A stretch of DNA of 64,000 nt, taken from the IMG/VR virus record IMGVR_UViG_3300033562_000771, positions 1-64,000 of that record; one strand, given 5' to 3'. Origin of the DNA: an uncultured virus (IMG/VR IMGVR_UViG_3300033562_000771) (Duplodnaviria > Heunggongvirae > Uroviricota > Caudoviricetes). Of the stretch, positions 48,333 to 58,408 are shown piece by piece (within the stretch, counting starts at the first letter, position 1; each line of letters starts with the position of its first letter). The notes under the pieces were generated by a model. It ran no database searches and was not told the origin of the DNA. It saw only the letters and a program-made list of their open reading frames with translations. The position numbers and the translations under genes are program-made.

Positions 48333-49492
48333 ATATAGTTCTCACAAGAAAGGGGGTCCATGAGGAGTGTAGTAGATGGGTATGTTGTTATGATATGATC
48401 TTGGGCTCTTGAGCTGTTAGGAACTAAACCACCTTATAGTTTCACACTTCCGCCAGTTACATTACCCCCAACGGTTCCGGGTATTGCGTTGTTCGCAATA
48501 ATCACCGATAGAGCCTCACCGACATACCTGATACCAACAGGCTGTGCCCCAGTGAACGTGGCTGGTTTGAGCCTAATCGTAGACCCATTTATTGCATAGG
48601 CCATGATGCTTATCGTATAGGCTGATGCAATAAATACTGCTATCGAATACCCCATGGTGCCAACGTATCCCCCGTCTTCCGCGATAATGTGATGGATAGC
48701 GGGGCCATCAATAGAGTAATTCCCAATGATCTGGATTACAGAGCTTCTAGCCCACATATGCTGATCGTGTGCATATCCAAAAGAGATATCCGAAATAGTA
48801 AGGTATGCTCCCAGTTGCGCGAACAAAGCTAGCGAGCCATTTGCGATAACCCTAAACCCTCGAATAGTCCACTGTGATCTCATGCAATTAACCAACGGGC
48901 TGGACGTATTCGATATTATACAGTTTGATGGTGTTGTGATGTTCCCCTCAATGATTGGGGGCTTCCAGTTCCCGACATATTCACCCAATAACAAATTGGT
49001 CCCGCTCGTGTTGTAAGTTCCATCTGCGACCTTGATGGTCACCTGGAATATATTCATGTCTATGTCTAAGCTAACAACATTGACTGCTTTCTGGATAGTG
49101 AGGAAAGCTCCACTAGCATCATTGACTAGGCCGGTATTGCTGTCATTACCGTCTGTCCTGACGTAATAGATCCGATCAGCATGAAGGATTTCACGAGATT
49201 CACCTCCGCCGCTTCCACCAGAAGGAACCACCCATGCAGATCCATCCCAAGTAGCCTCAACTCCCTCATCAACAATCCAGGTAGAGACCCCCTGGATAGG
49301 CTTAATAAACTTCCAGGAGGACCCTGTCCAGGTGGCGATGTGATGGTCTTTACCTTCCCAGAGACCTACTGCTGTTGCAGCAATAATTAGTTTGGATTGT
49401 CTGGTAGGATTTGAAATGGGTGCTTTGTAAGCACGGGAATCAACCGTAGTAGGTATGAGTGGACTAGCCATATATAGTTCTCACAAGAAAGG
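48093..49492. repeat. Near-identical 261-bp direct repeat (48093-48353 and 49232-49492)
   Basis: Covers the upstream region and first ~80 codons of both DUF2793 genes; few substitutions. Confidence 0.92.
48434..49471 (-). CDS. DUF2793-domain tail spike-like protein with a beta-helix-type C-terminus
   Basis: YYVRTDGNDSNTG......FLTIQKAV...I.VADGTY (pectin-lyase-like fold entry motif). Confidence 0.75.
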   Translation of the reverse strand: MASPLIPTTVDSRAYKAPISNPTRQSKLIIAATAVGLWEGKDHHIATWTGSSWKFIKPIQGVSTWIVDEGVEATWDGSAWVVPSGGSGGGESREILHADRIYYVRTDGNDSNTGLVNDASGAFLTIQKAVNVVSLDIDMNIFQVTIKVADGTYNTSGTNLLLGEYVGNWKPPIIEGNITTPSNCIISNTSSPLVNCMRSQWTIRGFRVIANGSLALFAQLGAYLTISDISFGYAHDQHMWARSSVIQIIGNYSIDGPAIHHIIAEDGGYVGTMGYSIAVFIASAYTISIMAYAINGSTIRLKPATFTGAQPVGIRYVGEALSVIIANNAIPGTVGGNVTGGSVKL

Positions 49493-49509
49493 ACCCTAAA
49501 TAACGGGTG

Positions 49510-50337
49510 TTAGCTGGCATTCTGAATGAGATTGGTGCAGGTATATATAGACCCGTCCCACAGGAACTCAAAGTAGTCAGTAGCATTTGCTGTTAAAGAA
49601 CCCTCAGGTTGATAACCATTTGGCCACGCTACATTAGACCCCCAGTATAAGTATCGGCCCCCAGTGGCATCCTGAGATACCTTAACGACAACCTTATCAC
49701 AGACCGTGCTACCTAGGTCTGATAGGGATAACACAGTTTCACCCGTGAGAATAACTGAAGCAAAGCGCGTAGGACCCCAATTAATTGTGGTTGCTCCAAA
49801 GACATTGCCCATAGTAGTAATCAGAACTGCAGTGCTCCCACCAAAAGATCCAACGGCACCCACCCCTGTAATGGAGGTTAGAAGGAATATGCCTGGAAAA
49901 GTAGCGGAGGCAGCTACGTTGAGTTTTACCGTCCCATTGTTAATGGGCTGAACTTCTACATATGTTTCTGTAGGGGTTCCAGAGGATATGTCAAAAACGG
50001 TCACATCAACAGACTGTGTGCTCAGAGTATGCGAGATGGTAAAAGAGGCGATGTCACCATCAACCGTCCAGTCATCTGCTAGAAACGACCCGGAAAGAAC
50101 ATTAGCCTTGGAGATGGCAGTTGCCTTCCAAAGTTTAAGGGTAGCATCATAAAGAGGAACCTGGGAATCCTGAGGTGCCACCACATTGGGGACAACACCA
50201 ACACCGCTGTCTAAACCCATGCGGAGCTGCTGATCTGAATCCATATACAGATGCGAGGGTGTATCAATAATTTCAGACTGCGGAGTGAAGTTTACCCCGT
50301 CAAAAAGTTGACGCCTAATACGATCAGATATGCCCAT
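49510..50337 (-). CDS. Tail-associated structural protein
   Basis: I.H.L.T..V.V.V; QDATGGR...W...V.WP.G..P..S..ANA.D motifs seen in tail proteins. Confidence 0.65.
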   Translation of the reverse strand: MGISDRIRRQLFDGVNFTPQSEIIDTPSHLYMDSDQQLRMGLDSGVGVVPNVVAPQDSQVPLYDATLKLWKATAISKANVLSGSFLADDWTVDGDIASFTISHTLSTQSVDVTVFDISSGTPTETYVEVQPINNGTVKLNVAASATFPGIFLLTSITGVGAVGSFGGSTAVLITTMGNVFGATTINWGPTRFASVILTGETVLSLSDLGSTVCDKVVVKVSQDATGGRYLYWGSNVAWPNGYQPEGSLTANATDYFEFLWDGSIYTCTNLIQNAS

Positions 50338-50420
50338 TGCAAGACTCCTTCATAGAAAGAGAATTCCTATAATAGTACCTCTAACTTAGCGTGAGAGTCT
50401 AGATGGATATTGCACTTAAT

Positions 50421-51821
50421 TCAAATAACTCGGTAGCAATTTCGCCCGGATCCCTTAGCATCGTAAAGGGCCTGATCTACCCGAGCCATAATAGCCTCTG
50501 CCGTATCAGTCATTTTTAATCCAGTAATACCGGATGAGACAGTCATGTTAAACGAAAGTGCCCCATGTGAAACAACTGTTTCAGACACAGATTGTCTAAT
50601 TCTCTCCACGAGAATCTTTGTGGCATCTACAGAAGTTCCCTGAAGAACCACTGCAAACTCCTCACCTCCCAATCTACCTAGGAAATCTGATTGGCGTAGA
50701 CACCCCTGAATGACACCCACAAATTGGAGCAGAGCTGAGTCCCCGGCTGGGTGCCCATATGTATCATTAATTTTCTTGAAGTAATCTATGTCTAGCATAG
50801 CCACGGATAGAGGTATTTTATATTTAAAAGCTCGATCCATCTCATCATTCAACCGTTCCATAAAATATCTACGGTTAATCACACCAGTAAGCCCATCCAG
50901 AGTTGCAAAATCCGTGAGGATAGACTCTTTTTTCTTCTGAGCAGTGATATCTGTAGACACGCCGACAAACCCAAATACCTCCCCCTTAGCACCCCTCAGC
51001 ACAGTATATCTAGTCAGCATCCAAATCGTAGACCCATCCTTACGGTAGACCTCTGCCTCTACTGAGTCCCCTATATACGTAGGGTCATCTAAAAAGCGAA
51101 GGCGTTTTTGGATAGTTTTAACCGTTCCAGGGGCGTATCGTTTTTCTAAAGGTAGCTTTAAAATCTCATCCACGGTAAACCCGGTATACCTAGTCACAGC
51201 AGGGTTTACATAAGACATATTAAAAGATTGGTCCATCATCCATACAATGTCAGTTAGAGATTCTGTTAGCGTTCTAAACTTAACCTCACTTAAGCTGAGC
51301 TGAAGCTCCGCAATTTTTCTATCCGTGATATCTTCTGAAACTCCGATAACTCCAGTAGGAACATCATTAACTATTAAAGGACATTTTGTGGTAAGTGTGT
51401 AGCGTTGTTTACTATCCGAGGGTGGACTCAAGGAGTAGACTCTTTTCAAAGTTGTCAACACCTCAAGATCCTCTGATCTGAAGTGTAGCGCTAAACTACT
51501 ATCCACCAGTTCGTAGTCAGTTTTTCCTATAACTTTATCCATAGATAGTTTATTCATATCCGCGAAAGGGCGGTTGCACCCCAGGAACACACTATCTGTG
51601 TCCTTCCAAAACACCCCCTGGGGGATTGAATCCAGGATACTGCTAATAAAAAGACGATCTTTAGCTAGTCTTTTACGCTCAGAATCCCAAGGTTTTGCGA
51701 GATCATTTAGCATAGAGACAAATTCACTACACTCAGGTGAAAGACCCTCAAGTGGGATGGTCCCACCCTTACGGAGGGTCTCAAAATTATCCCTTAATAG
51801 ATCAAGGCAAGACTTGGTCAT
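50421..51821 (-). CDS. PAS-PAS-GGDEF diguanylate cyclase
   Basis: Two PAS/PAC domains (VFWKD....F.GCN; Y.NPA...G; DIT..K); D.LTG..NRR, DIDYFK.IND.YGH..GD, RQSD I-site and GGEEF active site. Confidence 0.95.
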   Translation of the reverse strand: MTKSCLDLLRDNFETLRKGGTIPLEGLSPECSEFVSMLNDLAKPWDSERKRLAKDRLFISSILDSIPQGVFWKDTDSVFLGCNRPFADMNKLSMDKVIGKTDYELVDSSLALHFRSEDLEVLTTLKRVYSLSPPSDSKQRYTLTTKCPLIVNDVPTGVIGVSEDITDRKIAELQLSLSEVKFRTLTESLTDIVWMMDQSFNMSYVNPAVTRYTGFTVDEILKLPLEKRYAPGTVKTIQKRLRFLDDPTYIGDSVEAEVYRKDGSTIWMLTRYTVLRGAKGEVFGFVGVSTDITAQKKKESILTDFATLDGLTGVINRRYFMERLNDEMDRAFKYKIPLSVAMLDIDYFKKINDTYGHPAGDSALLQFVGVIQGCLRQSDFLGRLGGEEFAVVLQGTSVDATKILVERIRQSVSETVVSHGALSFNMTVSSGITGLKMTDTAEAIMARVDQALYDAKGSGRNCYRVI

Positions 51822-54517
51822 TATAGAGGAGGGCCTCCACCATCATCTGAGGGTTCTTCATATGTCAAACCCATATTCTTGGCTAACATTTCAGTTATGT
51901 TAGTTCGTTCAACGAGGGTCTGTGCAACATTCTGGTAGATACCCGCAAGAAGCTCTGTGAATTTGGGGTCCTTAATAGTAAAGAGTTCATCCTCAAGTTT
52001 CTGGGTTTCCTCTTCTTCATCAATATTCAGGATCTCATAAATTCTAGAAATAGATACGGAACCCTTAAGGTAGAGATTTATTAGCATGTCATAGGTATCA
52101 CCGGCATCACGGATAGCCAATCTGGAGAATGATATATTTGGGTATATAAGGATTTTCTGCCCAAATTCATCCACATCATAAAAACCTTTACGTTCTGCAA
52201 CAGGTCTAAAGATGCACTCCTGGATAAAAAATGAAATGTCTTCTCTGAAGGCTAAATACATAGTGTTCATGATTTCCTGTGGAGTCTTAGACCCACCATA
52301 GGAGATCTGTCCAGTAATAAACTCCTGGAAGAACGCTAATCCAGCAGTTAAATTGGTAAGAATATGAGAATACTCACCTTCAAAACTCTGAATGCGGTCT
52401 CCAACACCCATTTCTTGCCAAGTAACTGGATAATTAGTAATAATAGAGACGTCTGGGTCTACCGTGGAAGCATCCACCATATCCTGTAGTTTGGCCAACG
52501 TAGCGTCATCGACTCCCTCCGCCACCACGAGTCTCTTAGGCTGCATATTCCTAGCGAAAGTTTGGCTCTTTACCTGCCCAATTTTATCATCGTGAATCAA
52601 GTCACGTAAACAGGGCTCTACTAATCCATGCCCATACAACTCAAAGTCAGAACGGGCGTTAGATACTTGGACACAGTAAGACCCGTCTGCGGGAAGGTCC
52701 TTATTGGTTAGACTGGGCTCATTTGATGTTTCAGACGATAACAACAGCCGCTTTTTAGCCTTCCAGTAGCCTTGAGCCTCCTCAGATAAATCATCAAAAT
52801 TGGCTTGGATAGTTGCGGCTTCTTCTTCAGATGGGATATAAAATATTTCTTTAACATCTGAATTGGATTTTCTTGCCACCTCAATTTGATGGGGAGGCAA
52901 GGACCGCATAGCTTGCCAACCCTTATATTTAGGATATTTAATATTAGCAAAGCATCTATAGTCGGTTGCTTTAGACGTTAATTCATCTATTAGTTTTTCA
53001 AGAAGCTCCTTCTTGCGAACTAAGTTTTTATTATAGATTTCAAGATTTTCAATATATTCAGGGTCATTTTCGGGGGAGGCCATAATGTCATCTGGGAGTG
53101 GCCCCATGTCTAAGTCGGCTATATCCCCCATACCCATGTCTGAATCTTCCTCTGGGGTTTTCGCAAAAGTATCATCCTCTCGCAACGGCGTAACCCCATC
53201 GGGTCCATACACCATTACACTGACATCCTCCTCAGTTTTATTGATTTGAACGGGCTCATTTGGATTAGGTAGCTCCGAAAGCGCCTTCTGAATAGTCGGG
53301 TTATCCTGCAAGAACTTCTGAAAATCAAGGTTTGGCGTGGGGCTAACAGAGCGTTCATTTCTTGGGATATTCTGGACATTAATGGGGTCCAACCCGATGA
53401 GCTTAAACACCGGACGTTTGGATGGATCAAGTGCCATATCTACATCATTGGGACCCTCAGAATCCTCAGCCGCAACCTTAACTTCTGCAGTCTTAACAGA
53501 TCCACTTTTGTAGGCTACATACGCACTGTGATGTTTATACGATAAAAACTCAGGACCTAACTTAGCAAGCACCAAGGGATTTAGACGAGAAATATCCGCT
53601 TTACGCTTACCATTAATGGTATCAGCAAATTTCTTCAACTCGTAAGCCGCATTTTTAAGTGTATGGATTACTTGTAGAAACGAGTTTGCGTCATTACCAA
53701 AAACATCTTTAAATTCACACTCATCTAAGAAAGGCCCCGAGGGACGAGGGGTTGACCCCTGAAGGGCCTGCTCTCGCAATTGGGGGACCAGTGCAAACAG
53801 GGGATTTGCTAGCATTTTCGCGTATTTGACGTCCCAATCTTTTTGGGATGACGTATGTATATGCCGGTGGACGTCAAAGAAGTTTGTTCTAGCTTGGTTA
53901 TCGTATTCACTTGGAACTGTTTGATACTCACTATCATTCGTAGCATTAGGGTCTAATTTCTGGTCTTCTAGGAAGATGAAATCATCCCCATGAAGCCAAT
54001 ATGCCTTCCCCAGGTTGCTTCTCAATTTAGGTATCAGCTTCATATTCTTAGCCATGTCCAAGAAGAATTTATGGACATAATTGCTAAATGCCTGTGAAGA
54101 CGAAGCAGGTTTTGTGATAGTCATTTTAGACAGCGGTAGCTGAGAATGAAGATCAATTACCCGCCTAACAATGGGGTTCTCACGGTACCATCTGACGTTC
54201 CACTCGATCTGCTCCTGCCTACTTTGCGGACGTTCAAGAATATCTACCGGGAAGTTATGGGTATAAGGGTTAGTGTAATTTGAAGGATTGAGAGATCCAG
54301 TAGCCCCACCCATACCACCACCAACCCCAAAAAGAGCCGTGTGGGACGAGGCTGTTTTTTGGCTACGCATCTGACGCAGATTATCCATTCTCTCCACAGA
54401 AGACATGGATTGAGAATACTTAGGGACACCTAGAGAAACGGAGGTAGTCACAGAACTCCCACTAAATGAAGCTGGGATACTTGTGGGCTTTGCTGCGGCA
54501 ACTTTTTTCTTTGTCAT
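51821..54517 (-). CDS. Probable portal protein with a large central insertion
   Basis: Located just downstream of the terminase; NPIV...IDLH..LP.S N-terminus, YG.GL...L..L, and a helical C-terminal region resembling large-phage portals. Confidence 0.6.
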   Translation of the reverse strand: MTKKKVAAAKPTSIPASFSGSSVTTSVSLGVPKYSQSMSSVERMDNLRQMRSQKTASSHTALFGVGGGMGGATGSLNPSNYTNPYTHNFPVDILERPQSRQEQIEWNVRWYRENPIVRRVIDLHSQLPLSKMTITKPASSSQAFSNYVHKFFLDMAKNMKLIPKLRSNLGKAYWLHGDDFIFLEDQKLDPNATNDSEYQTVPSEYDNQARTNFFDVHRHIHTSSQKDWDVKYAKMLANPLFALVPQLREQALQGSTPRPSGPFLDECEFKDVFGNDANSFLQVIHTLKNAAYELKKFADTINGKRKADISRLNPLVLAKLGPEFLSYKHHSAYVAYKSGSVKTAEVKVAAEDSEGPNDVDMALDPSKRPVFKLIGLDPINVQNIPRNERSVSPTPNLDFQKFLQDNPTIQKALSELPNPNEPVQINKTEEDVSVMVYGPDGVTPLREDDTFAKTPEEDSDMGMGDIADLDMGPLPDDIMASPENDPEYIENLEIYNKNLVRKKELLEKLIDELTSKATDYRCFANIKYPKYKGWQAMRSLPPHQIEVARKSNSDVKEIFYIPSEEEAATIQANFDDLSEEAQGYWKAKKRLLLSSETSNEPSLTNKDLPADGSYCVQVSNARSDFELYGHGLVEPCLRDLIHDDKIGQVKSQTFARNMQPKRLVVAEGVDDATLAKLQDMVDASTVDPDVSIITNYPVTWQEMGVGDRIQSFEGEYSHILTNLTAGLAFFQEFITGQISYGGSKTPQEIMNTMYLAFREDISFFIQECIFRPVAERKGFYDVDEFGQKILIYPNISFSRLAIRDAGDTYDMLINLYLKGSVSISRIYEILNIDEEEETQKLEDELFTIKDPKFTELLAGIYQNVAQTLVERTNITEMLAKNMGLTYEEPSDDGGGPPL

Positions 54518-54567
54518 GTATGCTACCTCTAAAATATATCAGAGTCCAATTAAAGTGACTTTGGGGG

Positions 54568-55065
54568 TTAGCTGTTATGAGAGACAACCCCATTGGTTAT
54601 ATATGTGCAAATTATTGGGACTCTAATGTCGTAAACATCCTCTAGGCCATCTGAAATAGATACAATTGAAGTATGGTCAACAAGATACATTTCATCAGTA
54701 TTTTCCTGGCTAAGATCATACAACCCAACCCAGTAAACCTGATCGCCCTCCCTTAAGTCACACCCATACTTCCAGACAGCAACCTCATGGAGGTCCTCTG
54801 TAATAGAAGGTACTTTCAGGATGTGCTCTGGCGTCATGGACAGAGTTATCCCACTTGAAAAGCTTATAACAAGAACTTTTCTGGGACCTCCATAGTACAT
54901 TTCGGTAGCGTCCCCAGGCCCCAAATCAGTCGCTATTTTAACAGGCTTGGGAAATGTGTGGAGTGTGTCAGGAATAAGCGGAAGTTCCTCTGGCCAAAGA
55001 TCCTTCAATTTATGGAATCCTGACTCTGTTATGATATACGTGCCCCCAGCCACACAGTTCGCCAT
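54568..55065 (-). CDS. Free-standing mini-intein/Hint-domain protein
   Basis: MAN|CVAGGT...TPEH...VYDIRV.....YITNGVVSHN|S-stop. Confidence 0.85.
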   Translation of the reverse strand: MANCVAGGTYIITESGFHKLKDLWPEELPLIPDTLHTFPKPVKIATDLGPGDATEMYYGGPRKVLVISFSSGITLSMTPEHILKVPSITEDLHEVAVWKYGCDLREGDQVYWVGLYDLSQENTDEMYLVDHTSIVSISDGLEDVYDIRVPIICTYITNGVVSHNS

Positions 55066-55067
55066 GA

Positions 55068-58000
55068 TTATCTCTTCTTACTCTGCTTGATAGCCATCAT
55101 CCGAGCAAAGGATCTAGGGTCACTAGCGGCACTTGCTCGGTAGCGAGAAACTGCACCCCTGTCGGTCATATACCCAGGGTTACCCGAGACGGTCCCCATA
55201 CGAGTTACCTGCTGAGCTGGAGCCTTTCCTGACCCTCGTGACTCTAGGAAGCCCATGGCCACCCAGCAAGCTCTTGCGATAGCGTCAGCTCTATCATCGT
55301 GGTATTCGTCTCCGTGGGGGGCCTCAACCTTAATTCGATTCCCAGGACGCAACTCACATTGCAGAAGCTGAATTTCGTTCTCAAGATCTTTATTGTTAAG
55401 CGTGGGGATATTTAGCTCTTGATTTAATGATAATGCACGAAAGGATAGGTATACGAGGGAATTGGTTGACTCAGTGAAAGATTCCATTCTAAGGCCCTTA
55501 ATGCCCTTTTTGGCTAACATTTGCCCAAAAAGAGTCCCAGACCATTGGTCATAAACACCATCTGCAATGGGGTATACTTGAGATAACTGGTAGAGCCATT
55601 CAACGATATCATCCCCGGTTAGCTCTTTCTTATGTGCATACTGGCCTTCTCCAGCTTTTCTACGATCTACATAATCAAAGACCAATTTACGGGTTGCCAG
55701 CAACTCATTAGTTTCCCAATGGCAAATAGCTACCGCAGCAGCGTCATTCTTCAACCCCAAGTCGAAACCATAAAAGTATTGAGGCCAGATAGCTTTAGGG
55801 AAATACTGGTATGCAAGTGTGGGGTTATTCTGTCTAATAGTATTATTGGATCTGGATTGATTGAACATCTCATTTAACTCTTCCATGGAGAGCCACTGAG
55901 AGATCGAATCCACAAATTCAGACTGATACTCGGTACGGTAAGCGGTGTCACCATACCTATTGAAGTAAGCTAAAAGTTCATGAGAACTAATTCGTGTAGG
56001 GTTTAATTCGCAGGTAGGTGCCTGATACACAATGGCTGATGCATTATCCCCCTCTTTTTTAGCCTTTTCAATCATTTCAAAGAACTGGCCCGAGCGCACC
56101 CCCGCGTTAGAGATCAGGAAAATCATAGCTTCAGAGTGGGAGTCTTCTGAAGTTTTAAATGTGGCTAACGAAGGTTCAATAGCCTTCAGCACCTCTAGAT
56201 CTGATACCGCACCCCTATGCGGCCAGTGAGCGATCTCATCGCAAACAGACCTGTAAGATGCAGGGCCACGAACCTGGGATTCAGATAGAGGGAACGCTTG
56301 AACAATAATAGACGGGAACTGTGCATTTTGCTCACGCTGGAACGGTGTGTATATTTTACAGAATAGTTCCTGCAGATCTTCTTTGTTGCAGTAGTTTGTG
56401 AAGTATCCAGAGCTTGACAACATATTGCGAACTTTGCGGAAAGTTCGTTTAGATGAATCCTGAGAGGTTCCCAGCACAGGGATAAAGATTTCGGTGTTGG
56501 GTGGCATATGGTAATAATCATGGGGGTTATACTTCTCAAGGAGTAAGTAGATCCCATATGCCATATCCAATGCGGTGATCTCAGAATTATGAGAAACTAT
56601 ACCATTTGCTAGGTAGGTGTTCCCATCAGGAACATGTAAGTCGTAAACTTCTCCCTCGGACTCTTCAATGGAGACAATCTCAAGCGGGATTATTGTATCA
56701 AAAATCCACTTAAGTTCTTCCAGTTCTTTAGTAAACTCCGGTGAAGGAAGTGATTGTCCAATCTGAGAGTCTTGAGAATCCTTCCTATAATCAGCAATAG
56801 CCTTAGAAATAGCTCTGCCAATCTCAAGCCCTGTAGTTCTGCGGTTATTAGCTTTTTGGAAATGAAGGAGGTCACTAGCACTCAGTGTATGTGCATGAGC
56901 ATAGACTTCAAGATATTTTTGATAATAGGCATAGTAATCATTGAAGCCCTTAGGGGTGATTTTAAATGACTTGGTGCGATCAGTGTGATAGCCGAAGGAA
57001 TGCTGTGAGAAAATACGTTCGAATCTAGGCAGCAGATTGTCGTAAGCGCCGAAAGAAGACTTATAAGAATGCTTGGCTTGCTTGGTCAATAGCTCTTCTG
57101 TCTTACGCTTTAGTGGGCAATACTTAAAGATGTCCAGAAGCTTATTTGTGTTTGCGCCTACCGTGGTAAGTTTCCAATAGGTTCCACCCTGGTTCCCTGG
57201 CTTAGGCTTTACAACTTTCTGGTGGATGGTTGAATGCACACCTAATGAGAGAAATAACTGCTGAATATCCTCGATGAGGCCTTTAGGCTTTAGGGTAATT
57301 TCAAAATGACCTAAATCTTTAGTTACATGCCCATCTGTTGCAAGCAATCCTGAGAGGAAGGCTTTACGGGCTTCAGGGGGAAAGGCCAATATTTTTTCAG
57401 AAACTCTTTTTTGACTCTCCTGGTATGACGTGAGACCCCACGTCCTTTTGAAGGGTCTTCCTGAAGATGCATGGATAGTCCAAGCCCATACGTTGCTATT
57501 TGTTGTGTAGACACTTTTACGGTGAGAAAGTTCATGCGTTGTTAAAAAACTATCCACAAAGTTAACCAACCCCCACTCAGATTTATGACTGCATAAACCC
57601 AGGGAATACTCATCACCCCACCAACCATCCCCATAGAGCATCCCAAGGAAAAGAGCTGATTCTAGTGTGTCCTTAGAAGTGGGAGCTTCACTTATAGGTG
57701 TTTCAGCCAGTAAACAAAACGTATCCCCCACCACGAAATCCCCAGCCAATTTCCAGACATAGGCCCCTTCAAGATCAAGGGTCCTGAATTTATGTTCTGG
57801 GGAAGGCTCCACTGAGATTCCGTTGCTTAGCTTCAGTTTTAAGAGTTTCTTAACCCCTCCGTAGTAAATCTCAGTAGCCTGTTTCCATCCTCGATCAGTC
57901 ATGACAAAAGTCGGGGAAATTAGAGGCATATAGTTATCCTTAACCTTATCCTCTAGAGGCCAAAGATCACTTATTTTAACTAGTCCATTATCGTGTGTAT

Positions 58001-58361
58001 TAATTAGCGTGGAATGTAGGCACGTTTTGCCCGACCTCCTGCCCCAACAGCGAATGAAAGTGCTGAAGTTACCCTCTATGTGAGCCATATCATGGGTGAG
58101 ATTTAATCTACCAACTTCTTCGTTTAAATATTTTCGATATTCAGTCTCAGTAAGGGTGTAGAGCAAGTTCTCTTTGAACTTATCCCATACTCGGATGACT
58201 TTTGCCTTGTCATCCAAGGGTATCTTATAAATTAACTTGACCGAGAATCTTTGTGCCGGGGTTAGCTCAATTTGAGGCCCCCACGCTGCTTCTGCAAAGT
58301 CTAAAATTGAAACCAGATTACGCTTAACACGCTTATTTAGTGAATTAGCAAGTAAAGACAT
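55068..58361 (-). CDS. terL: Terminase large subunit with an intein
   Basis: Walker A GRRSGKT, Walker B VCDEIAH, ISN coupling motif, EY.SEF, RNase H-type GFDLG...D, YDQW, HDD.ADA. Confidence 0.9.
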   Translation of the reverse strand: MSLLANSLNKRVKRNLVSILDFAEAAWGPQIELTPAQRFSVKLIYKIPLDDKAKVIRVWDKFKENLLYTLTETEYRKYLNEEVGRLNLTHDMAHIEGNFSTFIRCWGRRSGKTCLHSTLINTHDNGLVKISDLWPLEDKVKDNYMPLISPTFVMTDRGWKQATEIYYGGVKKLLKLKLSNGISVEPSPEHKFRTLDLEGAYVWKLAGDFVVGDTFCLLAETPISEAPTSKDTLESALFLGMLYGDGWWGDEYSLGLCSHKSEWGLVNFVDSFLTTHELSHRKSVYTTNSNVWAWTIHASSGRPFKRTWGLTSYQESQKRVSEKILAFPPEARKAFLSGLLATDGHVTKDLGHFEITLKPKGLIEDIQQLFLSLGVHSTIHQKVVKPKPGNQGGTYWKLTTVGANTNKLLDIFKYCPLKRKTEELLTKQAKHSYKSSFGAYDNLLPRFERIFSQHSFGYHTDRTKSFKITPKGFNDYYAYYQKYLEVYAHAHTLSASDLLHFQKANNRRTTGLEIGRAISKAIADYRKDSQDSQIGQSLPSPEFTKELEELKWIFDTIIPLEIVSIEESEGEVYDLHVPDGNTYLANGIVSHNSEITALDMAYGIYLLLEKYNPHDYYHMPPNTEIFIPVLGTSQDSSKRTFRKVRNMLSSSGYFTNYCNKEDLQELFCKIYTPFQREQNAQFPSIIVQAFPLSESQVRGPASYRSVCDEIAHWPHRGAVSDLEVLKAIEPSLATFKTSEDSHSEAMIFLISNAGVRSGQFFEMIEKAKKEGDNASAIVYQAPTCELNPTRISSHELLAYFNRYGDTAYRTEYQSEFVDSISQWLSMEELNEMFNQSRSNNTIRQNNPTLAYQYFPKAIWPQYFYGFDLGLKNDAAAVAICHWETNELLATRKLVFDYVDRRKAGEGQYAHKKELTGDDIVEWLYQLSQVYPIADGVYDQWSGTLFGQMLAKKGIKGLRMESFTESTNSLVYLSFRALSLNQELNIPTLNNKDLENEIQLLQCELRPGNRIKVEAPHGDEYHDDRADAIARACWVAMGFLESRGSGKAPAQQVTRMGTVSGNPGYMTDRGAVSRYRASAASDPRSFARMMAIKQSKKR
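56586..58022 (-). mobile_element. Intein (479 aa) with a LAGLIDADG homing endonuclease in the terminase
   Basis: CLHST start, SPEH block B, FLGMLYGDG and FLSGLLATDG motifs, ends NGIVSHN followed by Ser. Confidence 0.93.
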
Positions 58362-58408
58362 TTATGAACTCCATTTGGATGCTCCAGGGGCATCACTAAA
58401 AGGAAAAC

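Noticed and set aside
48093..49492. Repeat pair as a diversity-generating retroelement TR/VR
   Set aside because: The repeats are at gene 5' ends, both are coding, the differences are mostly synonymous and not adenine-specific, and no reverse transcriptase is in the window
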